Numbered from the whole stretch's first letter, positions 26,565 to 38,881 are shown. The stretch is 63,202 nucleotides of DNA, filler included, from Octopus bimaculoides (GCF_001194135.2; 8 parts of 7 records of this genome joined end to end with filler, not necessarily neighbours in it); one strand, 5' to 3'. The notes: generated by a model from the sequence alone, not told the origin. Numbers and translations are program-made.

Positions 26565-26909
26565 GTATGTGTTCGTGTGTCCGATAATCGACGATGATTT
26601 TTTTTCTGATTTTTGTATATATATATATATATATTTAGTTGCATTTATTTTTATTTTCACAGAAATTGTTGTTTTCAAGTAGCAAATCTAAAAAAAAAAA
26701 AAACTTTCGCTGCTATGTCTTCTTTATAGCGATGATAATAATGATGGTGGTGGCGGTGGCGGTGGAAATAGCTGATTTTTTTTTTAATGTATTTTTTATT
26801 TACACGGATGATGGTAGTGGAGGGGATGGAATCGCCGGTGGCGATGATATTTTTTTGTTCTATGATTGAGTGTGGCGGTGGATAACCGTAGTTTAATGAT
26901 AGTGATCGC

Positions 26910-27134
26910 GATGGTGGCGGCGGAGAAGGCCTAGTGACGATGTGATGGTGGCGGCGGAGAAGGCTTAGTGACGATGTGATGGTGGTGACGGAGAAGGCTT
27001 AGTGACGATGTGATGGTGGTGACGGAGAAGGCTTAGTGACGATGTGATGGTGGTGACGGGGAATGCTTAATGACGATGTGGTGGTGGCGGCGGAGAAGGC
27101 TTAGTCACAATGTGGTGGTAGTGGCGGTGGAGAT
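26910..27134. repeat. 34-bp G-rich minisatellite, about 6.5 units
   Basis: Unit GATGGTGG(C/T)G(G/A)CGGAGAAGGCTTAGTGACGATGT starts at 26910, 26944, 26978, 27012, 27046 and 27080. Confidence 0.9.
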
Positions 27135-27812
27135 ATTGACTAAAACATATACTAGATAGTGATGATGCTGGTGATGGCAGTTGTGGTGAGATGAGTAAAT
27201 GGGGGTGGGGTTGGCCATTACAACTATGATGATGATGGTGGTGGTGGTGGTGGTGGTGATGATGAGGAACAATAAAAAAATGTCGGGGCGGAAAAGACGA
27301 CAGTGGGGAGGCAGTGTGTGGTTAGGAGGGGAGGGTTGAGAATAGGTTTCCTTTTGGTCTTTTTTCAACCTGAGATTGATTGATGCAATGCAATACATAC
27401 ATACATACATACATACATACAGTTTTTTTTTCAGCTTTGGTATATATATATACACATCATCATCATCATTTAACGTCCGCCTCCCCAGCTGGCATGGGGA
27501 GGCGGACTCCAGGAATTGAACCTGCAACACTATGAACTGAACACCCTTAGCCTCTTGGCCACACACCATCTGCAAAAAATAATAGGATGTATACTGTTGA
27601 AAGATCTCCCGCATTCGGTGCTTATTTTTGTCCCTCGCCCATTATATTCCTATCCACGCAGTACATATCCTAATACAACTATCTGGTGGGGGGATATTTC
27701 AGAACAACATCCACAATCTTATATTATAAAAGGATCTCCGTCTGTCGGTCCGTAACAACATTTGAGTAGAGAGAAGAAAGAAGGGGAGGAGAAAAGTGGT
27801 TGAGAGAGAAAT

Positions 27813-27864
<52 letters not shown>

Positions 27865-28102
27865 AGATAAATAGGTAATGTTGTCACTTTAGTAACTAAC
27901 AAGTTTTGATTAAAAACTTAGGAATTTTAAGTGCAAGTCTGTCAAAACAACGCAACACAGACTTAAAAAAGACTATGTGTAATATATAATACATACAGTT
28001 ATTTTTTTGGCTGTTTGTGTGTGTATGTGTTTGTGGTTTTGCATATCTTTCAATATATGGACAACGCAACACAGACTTTTAAAACAGACTTCCACTTTGA
28101 AC

Positions 28103-28349
28103 AATTCAGCGTAATACAGTGTGACAAGGCTGACCCTTTGAATTACAGGCACAACAGAAACAGGAAGAAAGAGTGACAGAAAGTTGTGGTGAAAGAGTAC
28201 AGCAGGGTTCACCAACATCCCTTGCCGGAGCCTCGTGGAGCTTTAGGGGTTTTCGCTCAATAAACACTCACAACGCCCGGTATGGGAATCGAAATCGCGA
28301 GGCGATGACCGCGAGTCCGCTGCTCTAACCACTGGGCCATTGCGCCTCC
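28103..28349 (-). mobile_element. tRNA-derived SINE (distinct family), 3' truncated
   Basis: Minus strand GGAGGCGCAATGGCCCAGTGGTTAGAGCAGCGGACTCGCGG...TTTCGATTCCC (A and B boxes), followed by a non-tRNA body. Confidence 0.75.
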
Positions 28350-28628
28350 ACTCATATTCGAATACATCAAATATAAACTACAATACGATCGAAGATTGAA
28401 AATGGGTAAATTGCAGCCATCTTGATGAAATGAGGTATCGTCGATCATATTAATCCCCAGATCACACATTGTACTTGGCTCTGCTATTGCCGTTGTTGGG
28501 AATGCCGTTGTTGCAGCATGTGAGCAAAAACTAGCTGATAGCGGAACGCTTGGAATTTACCTGCATTAAATTGCATGTCGTTTTCTTCGGACCATTTACA
28601 AATGGCATGTGGGTTTTTCTAAAGGAAA

Positions 28629-29605
28629 TTCCTTGACTGCTTGTACTACTTTTGTGTCGTCGGCATAGCTAGTAAGTGTGGCTGTCTGTGTAACTGACGA
28701 CATGTTTGAAAGAGCCACCATAAACTGCAGCAGCCCCAATACAGTTCCCCGAGGCACTCCACTCTCTATCACTGTCTCCTTGGAGGGCTCCATTCGCCGC
28801 AACCACCTGACACCTGTCTTTTAAGAAGTCATGTAACCATTTCCTGGTTTTCCGACTATGCCGAGTCTCCGTAGTTTGTGACATTTTATCCCATGATCAA
28901 CTTTATCAAAGGCCTTTGCAAAATCATGATATATCACATCCACGTTTCGGCGATTCATTAGGTGTGTCATCACCCTGTCAGAATGCAGCAAAAGCTCTAT
29001 AAGGCATCCTCTTCCTAAGCTGAAACCATGCTGGGTATTAGGGAGCAATGGATTTCCTTCTGACAATCCCTGCCATGATTTTGCTGACATGATAGGTCAG
29101 AGAAACAAGTCTACAATTTTTAGCATTCGCTCTACTACCTCTCTTACGGAGAGGAGATATACTTTCCTTTAACTTTCTGAGAAGTCTCCCAGTTTTTAAG
29201 AAGCTCAGGAAGGGGATCAGTAGTGGTCAGGGGCGGACTGAGAGTATTAAGGGCCCTCGGGCATAACTGTTTACCGGGCCCCTTTGAATGTGTGTTTTAG
29301 TAGAGTTAACATGTAGAGTGCGGGCCCCTCAGAGCTCCGGGCCCGATTGATCGACGGCTGGTAGTGGTCTTGCAAGAGCTTCTTTCCAATTCTTTAGGGG
29401 GGCTTGCTGGGAATCCATCAGGACTGAGTTTGAGCTCATTTCATCAGTGACTGATATAGCATCATCAGTGACTGATATTACATCATTAGTGACTGATATT
29501 ACATCATCAGTTTCCTCTATTTCGATACTATCAATGATAGCCATCTATTTGTGTAGAGCTATGGTGCCAAAGAACTCATCAGACATAGCCATTTGCAAGT
29601 GCCCC
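28629..29605 (-). mobile_element. CR1/Jockey-group LINE reverse transcriptase fragment, frameshifted
   Basis: Across frames: EMSSNS...LKNWKEALARPL, SISPL...NCRLVSLT, QHGF, DVIYHDFAKAFDKVDHG, WLHDFLKDRCQVV, SGVPRGTVLG, SYADDTK. Interrupted by a hAT MITE and carries a 21-bp triplication at about 29441-29510. Confidence 0.9.
29228..29360. mobile_element. 133-bp hAT-like MITE nested in the CR1 fragment
   Basis: Perfect 8-bp TSD GTAGTGGT (29220-29227 and 29361-29368), CAG...CTG termini, imperfect TIR, internal GGGCCC repeats. Confidence 0.8.
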
Positions 29606-29609
29606 AATG

Positions 29610-29772
29610 GTACATTATTTACATTACTTACATTTGACGGATATTTGTCCTCATCTTGTTTGTTGTTAACACAACGTTTCGGCTGATACACCCACCAGTC
29701 TTCATCAGGTGTCTTGGGGGAAATTTCGGAGTTGGGTTCTCATTCCTAAGGTATTTTTCGAAATTCCCCCCC
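29610..29772 (-). mobile_element. Hammerhead-bearing repeat family H (PLE pLTR-like), runs into a gap
   Basis: Aligns to 13712-13836 and contains the ribozyme fold below. Confidence 0.75.
29668..29713 (-). ncRNA. Minimal type I hammerhead ribozyme with canonical core
   Basis: GACAC|CTGATGA|A|GACTGG-TGGGTGTA-TCAGCC|GAA|ACGT|T|GTGTT. Stem I GACAC/GTGTT, stem II with one A-C mismatch (G-C in the 13.8 kb copy), palindromic stem III ACGT, predicted GUU cleavage after 29673. Confidence 0.75.
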
Positions 29773-30664
29773 NNNNNNNNNNNNNNNNNNNNNNNNNNNN
29801 NNNNNNNNNNNNNNNNNNNNNNNNNNNNNNNNNNNNNNNNNNNNNNNNNNNNNNNNNNNNNNNNNNNNNNNNNNNNNNNNNNNNNNNNNNNNNNNNNNNN
29901 NNNNNNNNNNNNNNNNNNNNNNNNNNNNNNNNNNNNNNNNNNNNNNNNNNNNNNNNNNNNNNNNNNNNNNNNNNNNNNNNNNNNNNNNNNNNNNNNNNNN
30001 NNNNNNNNNNNNNNNNNNNNNNNNNNNNNNNNNNNNNNNNNNNNNNNNNNNNNNNNNNNNNNNNNNNNNNNNNNNNNNNNNNNNNNNNNNNNNNNNNNNN
30101 NNNNNNNNNNNNNNNNNNNNNNNNNNNNNNNNNNNNNNNNNNNNNNNNNNNNNNNNNNNNNNNNNNNNNNNNNNNNNNNNNNNNNNNNNNNNNNNNNNNN
30201 NNNNNNNNNNNNNNNNNNNNNNNNNNNNNNNNNNNNNNNNNNNNNNNNNNNNNNNNNNNNNNNNNNNNNNNNNNNNNNNNNNNNNNNNNNNNNNNNNNNN
30301 NNNNNNNNNNNNNNNNNNNNNNNNNNNNNNNNNNNNNNNNNNNNNNNNNNNNNNNNNNNNNNNNNNNNNNNNNNNNNNNNNNNNNNNNNNNNNNNNNNNN
30401 NNNNNNNNNNNNNNNNNNNNNNNNNNNNNNNNNNNNNNNNNNNNNNNNNNNNNNNNNNNNNNNNNNNNNNNNNNNNNNNNNNNNNNNNNNNNNNNNNNNN
30501 NNNNNNNNNNNNNNNNNNNNNNNNNNNNNNNNNNNNNNNNNNNNNNNNNNNNNNNNNNNNNNNNNNNNNNNNNNNNNNNNNNNNNNNNNNNNNNNNNNNN
30601 NNNNNNNNNNNNNNNNNNNNNNNNNNNNNNNNNNNNNNNNNNNNNNNNNNATATATATATATAT

Positions 30665-30882
30665 ACGTGTGTCTTTGTGTCTGTTACCCGCCACCGCTTG
30701 ACAACCGGTGTTGGATTAATTACGTCCACGTAACTTAACGGTTCGGGAAAGACTGATAGAATAAGAGGGATAGAAAAAGAGAAAAACACAAGTCCTGAGG
30801 TGGATTTGTTCGACTAAATCCCTTTTAGGTGGTGCCCCAGCATGGCCGTGGTCCAGTAACAGGAGCAAGTAAAAGATAAAAG
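30665..30882 (+). mobile_element. SINE family A, tail block
   Basis: Matches the family A tail. Confidence 0.75.
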
Positions 30883-31450
30883 ATTACTTGTCGAGTTATC
30901 TGGCAATTACGAATTACAAGTAACATTAATACAATAAACTTTTTAAAAAAATACGAGAAATCCATAGGGTGAAAGTTGCAACATTAGGTCACCTTACCGG
31001 CTTATACAAATCACTGGTAGAAATTTTATTACAATAACTTCTTGATTCCTCAGTTATTATAGCTATATACTCTCTTTAGAACATAAAGATCTGTTATTAA
31101 CTATTGTCCAATGATTTTACGATTCTGTTATTTGCGATTTCAAGATAGTTTGGCTGTCATTTCTAGCAAGTCGAAGCGAACAGGTCGAGGCTCATTCGTC
31201 GTCGGCTTTACTAGAGCCAAGGAAGGTAACTCTGTTCGTCTTGTACGTGTTCGCCCAGCTGTGAGTGTCTTAATCATTGTTTGTAGCTCAGTGTTCTGCC
31301 AACATGTCACATTTTAGCAGGTACGTTTGTTTTGTTTCCATAGTCATTTTCGCCTCTTGTGTATGTTTGAGTATCGGTATATATATATATATACACCTAT
31401 CCATATACACGCGCGCATATACTACGTATGCAATCTCTCTCTCTCTCTCT

Positions 31451-31496
<46 letters not shown>

Positions 31497-31950
31497 TAAC
31501 ACACACACACGCACGCACTTAACTAGTTATTTAACCTCTGATCAGATCTGGTAGAGCAAGCCTCTTAACAAAAGTATAAAAGTATTCCAGATATGGCCAT
31601 CTCTGTCCAAGTTCTCCCCCCCCCCNNNNNNNNNNNNNNNNNNNNNNNNNNNNNNNNNNNNNNNNNNNNNNNNNNNNNNNNNNNNNNNNNNNNNNNNNNN
31701 NNNNNNNNNNNNNNNNNNNNNNNNNNNNNNNNNNNNNNNNNNNNNNNNNNNNNNNNNNNNNNNNNNNNNNNNNNNNNNNNNNNNNNNNNNNNNNNNNNNN
31801 NNNNNNNNNNNNNNNNNNNNNNNNNNNNNNNNNNNNNNNNNNNNNNNNNNNNNNNNNNNNNNNNNNNNNNNNNCCCCCATATATCGGGTATCTGCGACTA
31901 TATTAGAAACTTGTTTTAGCTTGTATTTTTAATTCACCCCACCAATATCA

Positions 31951-31995
<45 letters not shown>

Positions 31996-34739
31996 GCCTG
32001 AAAAAGAAAAAAAAAAGTAAGGGATTAGAACAGTGTCTGGATATTTATGTTTTGAAAATCGTGTTCGAAATAATATCCAAAGACTGGTTTTAAAAGCCAT
32101 AATAATAATAAAAATAAATTTAAAGTGGGCGGGGGTTAAGAAAGATCCCCTTTAAACCAACGACTGCCCTACATAATCCCAATGTATCCTTCGTTTCCTT
32201 TAAAACACTCTGGTATAATTTGATCGGGATTTGGTTCCTGTTTTTTTTGGGGGGTGGGGTGGTTTACTGGTTATTTGATGGCATCGGCATTCGTTCGTAT
32301 CTACAACCGGCAAAATATAAGAGGCTTCTCTCATCGCCCCCCCTCTCTCGCTCTCACACACACACACACACACACACATACAAAGCCTCTATAAACCAGT
32401 TATTTAACCTCGGGGGCTGTCCGAAACAAGCAGACCTTCAATCGAAACGTGTTACAACCATGAGCCATGCCTTCTTATTTTGAGATGGACTTCATTATCT
32501 AGTTGGTCTAAGTGGAAACCTTCTCCCTTTATTTTTCGTAAGTTTGTTGTAAAACTATATCATTGGTGTGATTTTAAGGATATTTGATTGCTATTTCTAA
32601 CAGTTCGATCGACCACAACGCGTCTACCGTCCTATGTTACCAGCTAGATAGCTATATTTATATTTTGGGGCGCAGATATTACTACCATATATATATATAT
32701 ATATAATAATAATAATCAATAATATTAGGGATAAAATCCAAAATTACAGGTAAAATCTCAATTAAAATCAATTTATTAAAAATTAAAATTAAATTAAGTT
32801 TCACAGTGTAAAATATATATAAATATATAGTTTTAGGGAAAAGAACCAAGGTTTATGAACCCATCGNNNNNNNNNNNNNNNNNNNNNNNNNNNNNNNNNN
32901 NNNNNNNNNNNNNNNNNNNNNNNNNNNNNNNNNNNNNNNNNNNNNNNNNNNNNNNNNNNNNNNNNNNNNNNNNNNNNNNNNNNNNNNNNNNNNNNNNNNN
33001 NNNNNNNNNNNNNNNNNNNNNNNNNNNNNNNNNNNNNNNNNNNNNNNNNNNNNNNNNNNNATGAAGTATATGGAAAGGAAAAATTGTAAGTGTAGACGAA
33101 CTTTAATGCAATTCATAATCTAAGTTGGTACAGAACCAATGTACATTCTACAAATTGTTTCGGAGTCTAATTAATTCCAAAGTCAAAAACGAAAAACTCT
33201 TCATGAAATAAAAATTAGATTCCTCGTATAGCAGTACTTTTCCTTCTTAGTTTCAAATTCTACCGTATTTTAACAGCTGCTGGTACCCCGTCATCATCAT
33301 CATCTAATACCCAGCCTAGAACAGAGATCGACTGTTTTAATATCTCAGACAAAGGAAACTAACACACACACACACACGTTTTAAAATTCTATTCTGTTGT
33401 ATATATGCAGTTGTGTGTGGTTTATTATTGATAATGTAAATAAACAATCGGCATAATTCTTGGGTGGATCTATAGTCTTGTAACTTTTGTGTTTAATCTA
33501 CGATGTTCGACGAAGCTGACAGAATCTTTAGAGCAGCAGAAAAAAAAGTACTTTGCGGTTCTTATTCCAGCTCTTTGTATTAATGTTCTGATTTCAAATC
33601 TTCCTGAAGTAAATAAGTAAATTTTGTCTTTCGTCCATCCGAGATCCAGTCAAGTCCTGGGGGGGGGGTCGATAGTATCTACTCACACCCTCTTCCTGTG
33701 TCTAAATCAGAAATAATTTACTAGTAATCATTACTGTTTGTGTATGTCTTTGTTTAGTTGGACGAGGATCTAATCCAGCAGGAAAAACAAGGAAAAGATT
33801 TCAAATTATTTACGGTTATTTAACCGTCCTCTCTCTCTATCTCCCTCTCTCTCTCAATATTTTGTCTCTCTTCCTCCACTGTTTCACCCCTACTCTCTCT
33901 CTCACATATTAATATTCTATCCCCCTCTCTCATTCACTCATTCTCTCCCCTTCTCCCTCACATTCTCTTCCTTTCTCTTTCCTCAACTACTTTCTGCATT
34001 GTTCTCTCTTTCTTCTTTTTCTTTTCCCTTATTCTGCTCGTTCATACCTAATTTCTGGTCCCTGTTTCTCCCTTATTTTCTCTGCCTCGTTCTGACCCCT
34101 TTCTTCTTATACTCACTCTATTACACACATACAACTTCTGTTCCCCTGTCTCATCTCTCTCTCTCTCTCTCTCTCATGCACACGCATTCTGTCCCTTATA
34201 GTCTCTCTCTCTCTCATGCACACGCATTCTGTCCCTTATAGTCTCTCTCTCTCTCTCGCATTAATTTTCCCTTGACCGTGTCACATCACCGCTCCCCCTT
34301 CTTTGCCTAGCTCTCTCTCTCTTCCCCCCACTCTCTGCCTTTCTCCCCTTCCTCCCTCTCTCACTACTATTCTACATTTGCTGACTAATAACACGGAGCC
34401 TCCTTCTGGTCGCCTAAATCTGCTTGCTAGAAATAGCAGCCAACTAACCTTCATACCATTTCCTAATCTATTAAAAACTGCAAGGAACAATTGGATGATG
34501 TGCTCCTAGATACACTTAACATAAAAAAACAGTATGGTCACAGCTAGAACGTCTTAGATTATAAGCTTGAAGTCAAACAACAAAGACAAAACATTGCTAA
34601 CTGAGATTCGGTATAACTATTCCCTAACCTCGTTTTAATGTGACCACCACCACCTATTTCTTCACGTCATCCAATCTAACAAGAGTGTCTCTACACAGTT
34701 CCTTGATTTGCTAGATATAGTAGCAAAATTTCTCAGAAG

Positions 34740-34823
34740 CGCAGGCGTAACTGTGTGGTGAGAATAGGTGCCCACGTTACTGTGTGGTTCCACTGCGTGG
34801 CACCTTGGGCAAGTGCCTTCTGC

Positions 34824-34855
<32 letters not shown>

Positions 34856-34910
34856 CGGCTAGAGTCTTATGAGTCGATCTGGTAGACGGAAACTGAAAGA
34901 AGCCCATCAT
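34740..34910 (+). mobile_element. SINE family A, diverged, with a (TA)n expansion at the CTATAG site
   Basis: CCACTGCGTGGCACCTTGGGCAAGTGCCTTCTGC(TA)n...GGTAGACGGAAACTGAAAGAAGCCC. Confidence 0.75.
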
Positions 34911-35186
34911 GTGCGTGTGCATTGGCATCTCATGACATCACGTGACAATTGTAAATGAATGTTACTGTCATACAAGCGGTGTCGTCTATTTCCGATACCA
35001 GCTGACCCCGTGCCATCAAAAATGGCTAATTGTAGTATTTTATATATAAATATGGATGGTAAATCAAATTAATACACTTACTCTTTTATGCCAGTGGCAC
35101 AAGTGCCAGTAAGGCGATATATATAAGTTTAAATACAGGTTAAAATAGCCTCATTAAGGGATAAAAATATCCAATGAATTACTGAT

Positions 35187-35385
35187 TCATCATCATCATC
35201 ATCATCGTTTAACGTCCGCTTTCCATGCTAGCATGGGTTGGACGATTTGACTGAAGACTGGTGAAACCAGATGGCTACACCAGGCTCCAATCTGATCTGG
35301 CAGTGTTTCTAGAGCTGAATGCCCTTCCTAACGCCAACCACTCCGAGAGTGTAGTGGGTGCTTTTACGTGCCACCGGCACAAAGG
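35187..35385 (-). mobile_element. Family C copy
   Basis: (ATC)n GTTTAACGTCCGCTTTCCATGCTAGCATGGG... is the reverse complement of the 24.6-24.8 kb copy. Confidence 0.85.
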
Positions 35386-35779
35386 TGGTGAGGTTTAAGT
35401 ATAAATCTTGGTTTATAAATATCTAAATTAAAATTCAGAAAATGGAGAAGTAGCATTAATATAATTTATTAACTCCAAAAATTCTCAACCATAAGGTTCT
35501 GGGTTCAGTCCCACTGTGTAGCACCTTGAACATGTATCTTCTNNNNNNNNNNNNNNNNNNNNNNNNNNNNNNNNNNNNNNNNNNNNTTAATTAATTAANN
35601 NNNNNNNNNNNNNNNNNNNNNNNNNNNNNNNNNNNNNNNNNNTATATATATATATATACGTAACGCACATTCATATATATTCGCATACACATAAATTACA
35701 CATACGCATACAGGCACACACACACACACACACACACACACAAGTTACACCGAATGATACAACATTCTTGCGTGAGACG

Positions 35780-36411
35780 TGACGTACTGTGATGAAAATT
35801 CTCTGCTACCAGAACTGAGTGATGCGGGTGGGGTGACAAGGGTGAAAGGAAGCAGAGTGGTATGTAAGGTAGGGATCGGTGGTACCCCTCCCCAGTATTA
35901 AATCCGACCCTTAATGTTACCATAAATCCGTAGAAGCTATTTTAATGTTGATGGTATCAAGCCAAATGTCATCAATCGTACTTTTAAAGGGAGATTTAGT
36001 TCTGATCAACTGTTAAACAATGATTAATTAAAATCCGAACGTGGATTGAATGATTTACGTCAGCTGATGCTCCCGTATGACGTTAACACTCAAGAGACTT
36101 TTTTCCCCATGTGATTTTTGTTGTTTTTTTTTCTCTCTTTTTCTTCTGTAGATTGATTTGATAAAAATAAACAACAATAGTAATAACAATAACAGCGACA
36201 GTTTCGTACAAAAACTAAAAGAAACACAAACAACACAAACAACAAAATCAAGATGTCAACTACTTAAAGAGTCTCACTAGTCTCTTCCGTATATTCGTAA
36301 CCTATTTACATAATCCAAACCTGGATTTACCAATCAATATACCACAAACATGTGGTGTTCCCTGGGTCTTTTACACACGTCTTGCTAGATTACGTGAAGT
36401 TTATGACGTCA
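35780..36411. promoter_or_regulatory. Cluster of CRE/bZIP-like sites
   Basis: TGACGTAC 35780, TTACGTCA 36055, TGACGTTA 36078, TTACGTGA 36390, and a perfect TGACGTCA at 36404-36411, in otherwise non-repetitive sequence. Confidence 0.35.
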
Positions 36412-36660
36412 CAACTAAGTTGTTTTGTTGTTGCTGCTGCTACTGCTATTGTTGTTGTGTAGCCCAAGGCTAGTTCTGATCCAGTAGTTCTATTGGTAAG
36501 GAGATAGTAAGTGGCATTATGATCTGTGACAAGCATTCTTTTGCCCGCTTATACCGTCATTGTCTAGCTGTGGACCATACAACACATTTCGACATGCAAT
36601 GAGCAATAGTATGTGGTATAGCGTGAAAGGGAACTCTCTATCCCGTCAATTCCTCTATGC

Positions 36661-36900
36661 CAGTGATTCTCACTCAGAGTCCAGATAACCCTTAGGGGTT
36701 CATATAAAATTGTGCAAGGAATTTCGTTATGCTTGAACAATACACAAATTATTTTTTTCAACAGTTTTTATACAATTTCTAGAAATAGCTAATTATAAAG
36801 ATATGATAGGATTTTTTGAACATCAAATGGTTCTGAGGTTCCATTCAAATAAAACAAGAATCAAGGGGTTCATAAGAAAAAAAGGGGTTGAAAACCACTG
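36661..36900. mobile_element. hAT-like MITE (240 bp), older
   Basis: CAGTGATTCTCA...TTGAAAACCACTG termini. The flanking 8-mers CTCTATGC and CCAAATGC match at 5 of 8 positions. Confidence 0.65.
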
Positions 36901-36949
36901 CCAAATGCCCCTACATTCTGACGGCTGTTAGAGCAAAAGTGGGTGAGGT

Positions 36950-38300
36950 GTATTTGATCAAAGCGTGACAGTTTCTGTTCCTTTAAGCTTTCTTCTTATG
37001 GTCATGATCTGTAAGTTCACCGTCATCAATTCATCCCAGGGAGGTTCACCCTAAGGAATATACGTTTTGATCTCCATCACTTTTGCTTTTTTTTTTTTTT
37101 TTGATAGGGAATGGGTTTTAATAAAATAGTTTTTAACTATTTATAGTGAGATGCTATGGATATACTTTCTCGGTAAACTATCCTTGCGGTCAACTTTCTT
37201 GAATTCGTTTATGGTATGTTTATCACAACAAAGAGTTTAACTATTTTTGAGCTTGTCACTTTTAGGTTTGTCTAGGCTGAGTGGGAGAAACGGTTCTTTT
37301 ACGTTATTGTTCCGACAGTGTTCTGAGGTGTTGTCTATGTGTGTTTAGAGATAGATTTCCAAATTATTAAAAGGAGTTCAGAAAGATATGCAAGCAAATT
37401 GTGCTCACTGCATGTCCAAGTGGTCATTAATTTTTAGTACTTTTGCTTCCTTGATTAAAAAGATAGCCTCTCACTGTAGACTGTGTATAACCTGTTATAT
37501 TGCATAGTATGACATCTGTATAATGCGATATTCCGAGTGGTTTGTTACGGAGAATTTGGAAACCCAGTCAACACAACTAGATACACTTTTTCTTAAGTTC
37601 TTCCCTCCCTTTGGAACAGAGGCCATCCGACTTTTCCGACTACTTTTGGACCTGGAATGTCTTCTCTGCTTTTTTTCAATTGGTTCTCTACCTTTTTCAT
37701 TGGGGAAGCTCTTCTTCTTCCAGGTCTTGTTGGTTTTGAATTATCATCAATAATTCATTAATACTGCTCTGTTTTTTTTTCTTTTATTTCAAGGAAGTAA
37801 TTTTGGCTCTATGCAAATCCATTTTCACCCCTGGAAAGAGGTGGTCCGTAATAGTCTGGCCTCTCTCCTTTGAGGCCCTACCAGATGTTTCTGCTCCGCT
37901 GGCATTACTCTGAGTATCATCGACGTTCACAAGCAAACATATTGCAACAATGAAGTCAATCTAAGATGGGTTTAATATATGCTATATTTCTTTGATGACA
38001 AAACGTGGTAACTGTGCTTGCTCTAAGTTTCTTTGTATGTCATCTTCTACGTCTGTTGGGAATGTTGTGGATGAGTTGTCAGCAACTTCGAATATTTTTG
38101 TCTTCATTGTGTCGCAGATTTATGTTGTTGTGTACGAATGTTGGTTATATTTGATGTTCCCGAGTATCCTGGTAAGAAGGAAAGCAGTAGAATTGGTAGT
38201 TGTCCATTGTGAATCAGGTTTCTAAGTTATCTAGGTTGGAGTTGTTGTAGCTTAGTCGGGAAAATTTTGGAAGAATGTGAGTCCGATTATCAAATAATTA
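36950..38300 (-). mobile_element. Heavily decayed retroelement, possibly Penelope-like
   Basis: Coding-like composition with many stops. The segment near 37.0-37.1 kb (WR...IF...GE...E...N) loosely resembles the PLE RT palm/thumb region. Confidence 0.3.
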
Positions 38301-38580
38301 AAGCCAAATAGTGAAAATTACCTCAATTATATTATCAATGGCTGATTCAACTCTATTGATTTTTCTTACGAGATTTAGTGTCTGTTATTGACAACCAGTT
38401 CAACTGAGATCTGCATTGCTCGTACATAAGTGATCACTTGGAAATCCAACTTTTACGCACAAGCCAATCGGTTAACTGACTTGCGAAGAAAAAGAAAATA
38501 AAACTGTCAGCTCACCCACTAAAGTAATATAAAATATAAACGACATCGTATATGGAATAAACACACACACACGCACGCAC

Positions 38581-38625
<45 letters not shown>

Positions 38626-38634
38626 TACACATAC

Positions 38635-38847
38635 ATGCAGGCGTAGCTGTGAGGTAAGAAGCTTGCTTCCTAACCACATGGTTCCGGGTTCAGTCCCACT
38701 GCGTGGCACCTTCGGCGTCTTTTACTATAGCCTCGGGCCAACCAAAGCCTTGTGAGTGGATTTGGTAGACGGAGACTGAATGAAGCCCATCATATATACG
38801 TGAGTGTGTGTGTGTGTGTCTGTGTATGTGTGTGTGTGTGTGTGTCT

Positions 38848-38881
<34 letters not shown>

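Noticed and set aside
26910-27134. CRISPR-like array
   Set aside because: The units are contiguous with no unique spacers, and the context is eukaryotic with no cas genes.
28280-28349. tRNA gene
   Set aside because: It has A and B boxes, but no complete cloverleaf or poly-T terminator, and it continues into a repeat body. It is a SINE head, and the same applies to the family A and B heads.
29329-29544. ORF with DDVISVT repeats as a host exon
   Set aside because: It is in register with the CR1 RT upstream region (EMSSNS...KEALARPL), and the repeat is a local 21-bp triplication.
33748-36280. Plus-strand acceptors at about 33747 and 36151 as second exons for MTVSSGLD
   Set aside because: The frames stop within 21-42 codons, the donors are weak, and the peptides are unrecognisable.
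38516-38518. 3-nt microexon TGG between TTTAG and GTGAGC on the minus strand
   Set aside because: The pattern is too short to distinguish from chance without junction reads.
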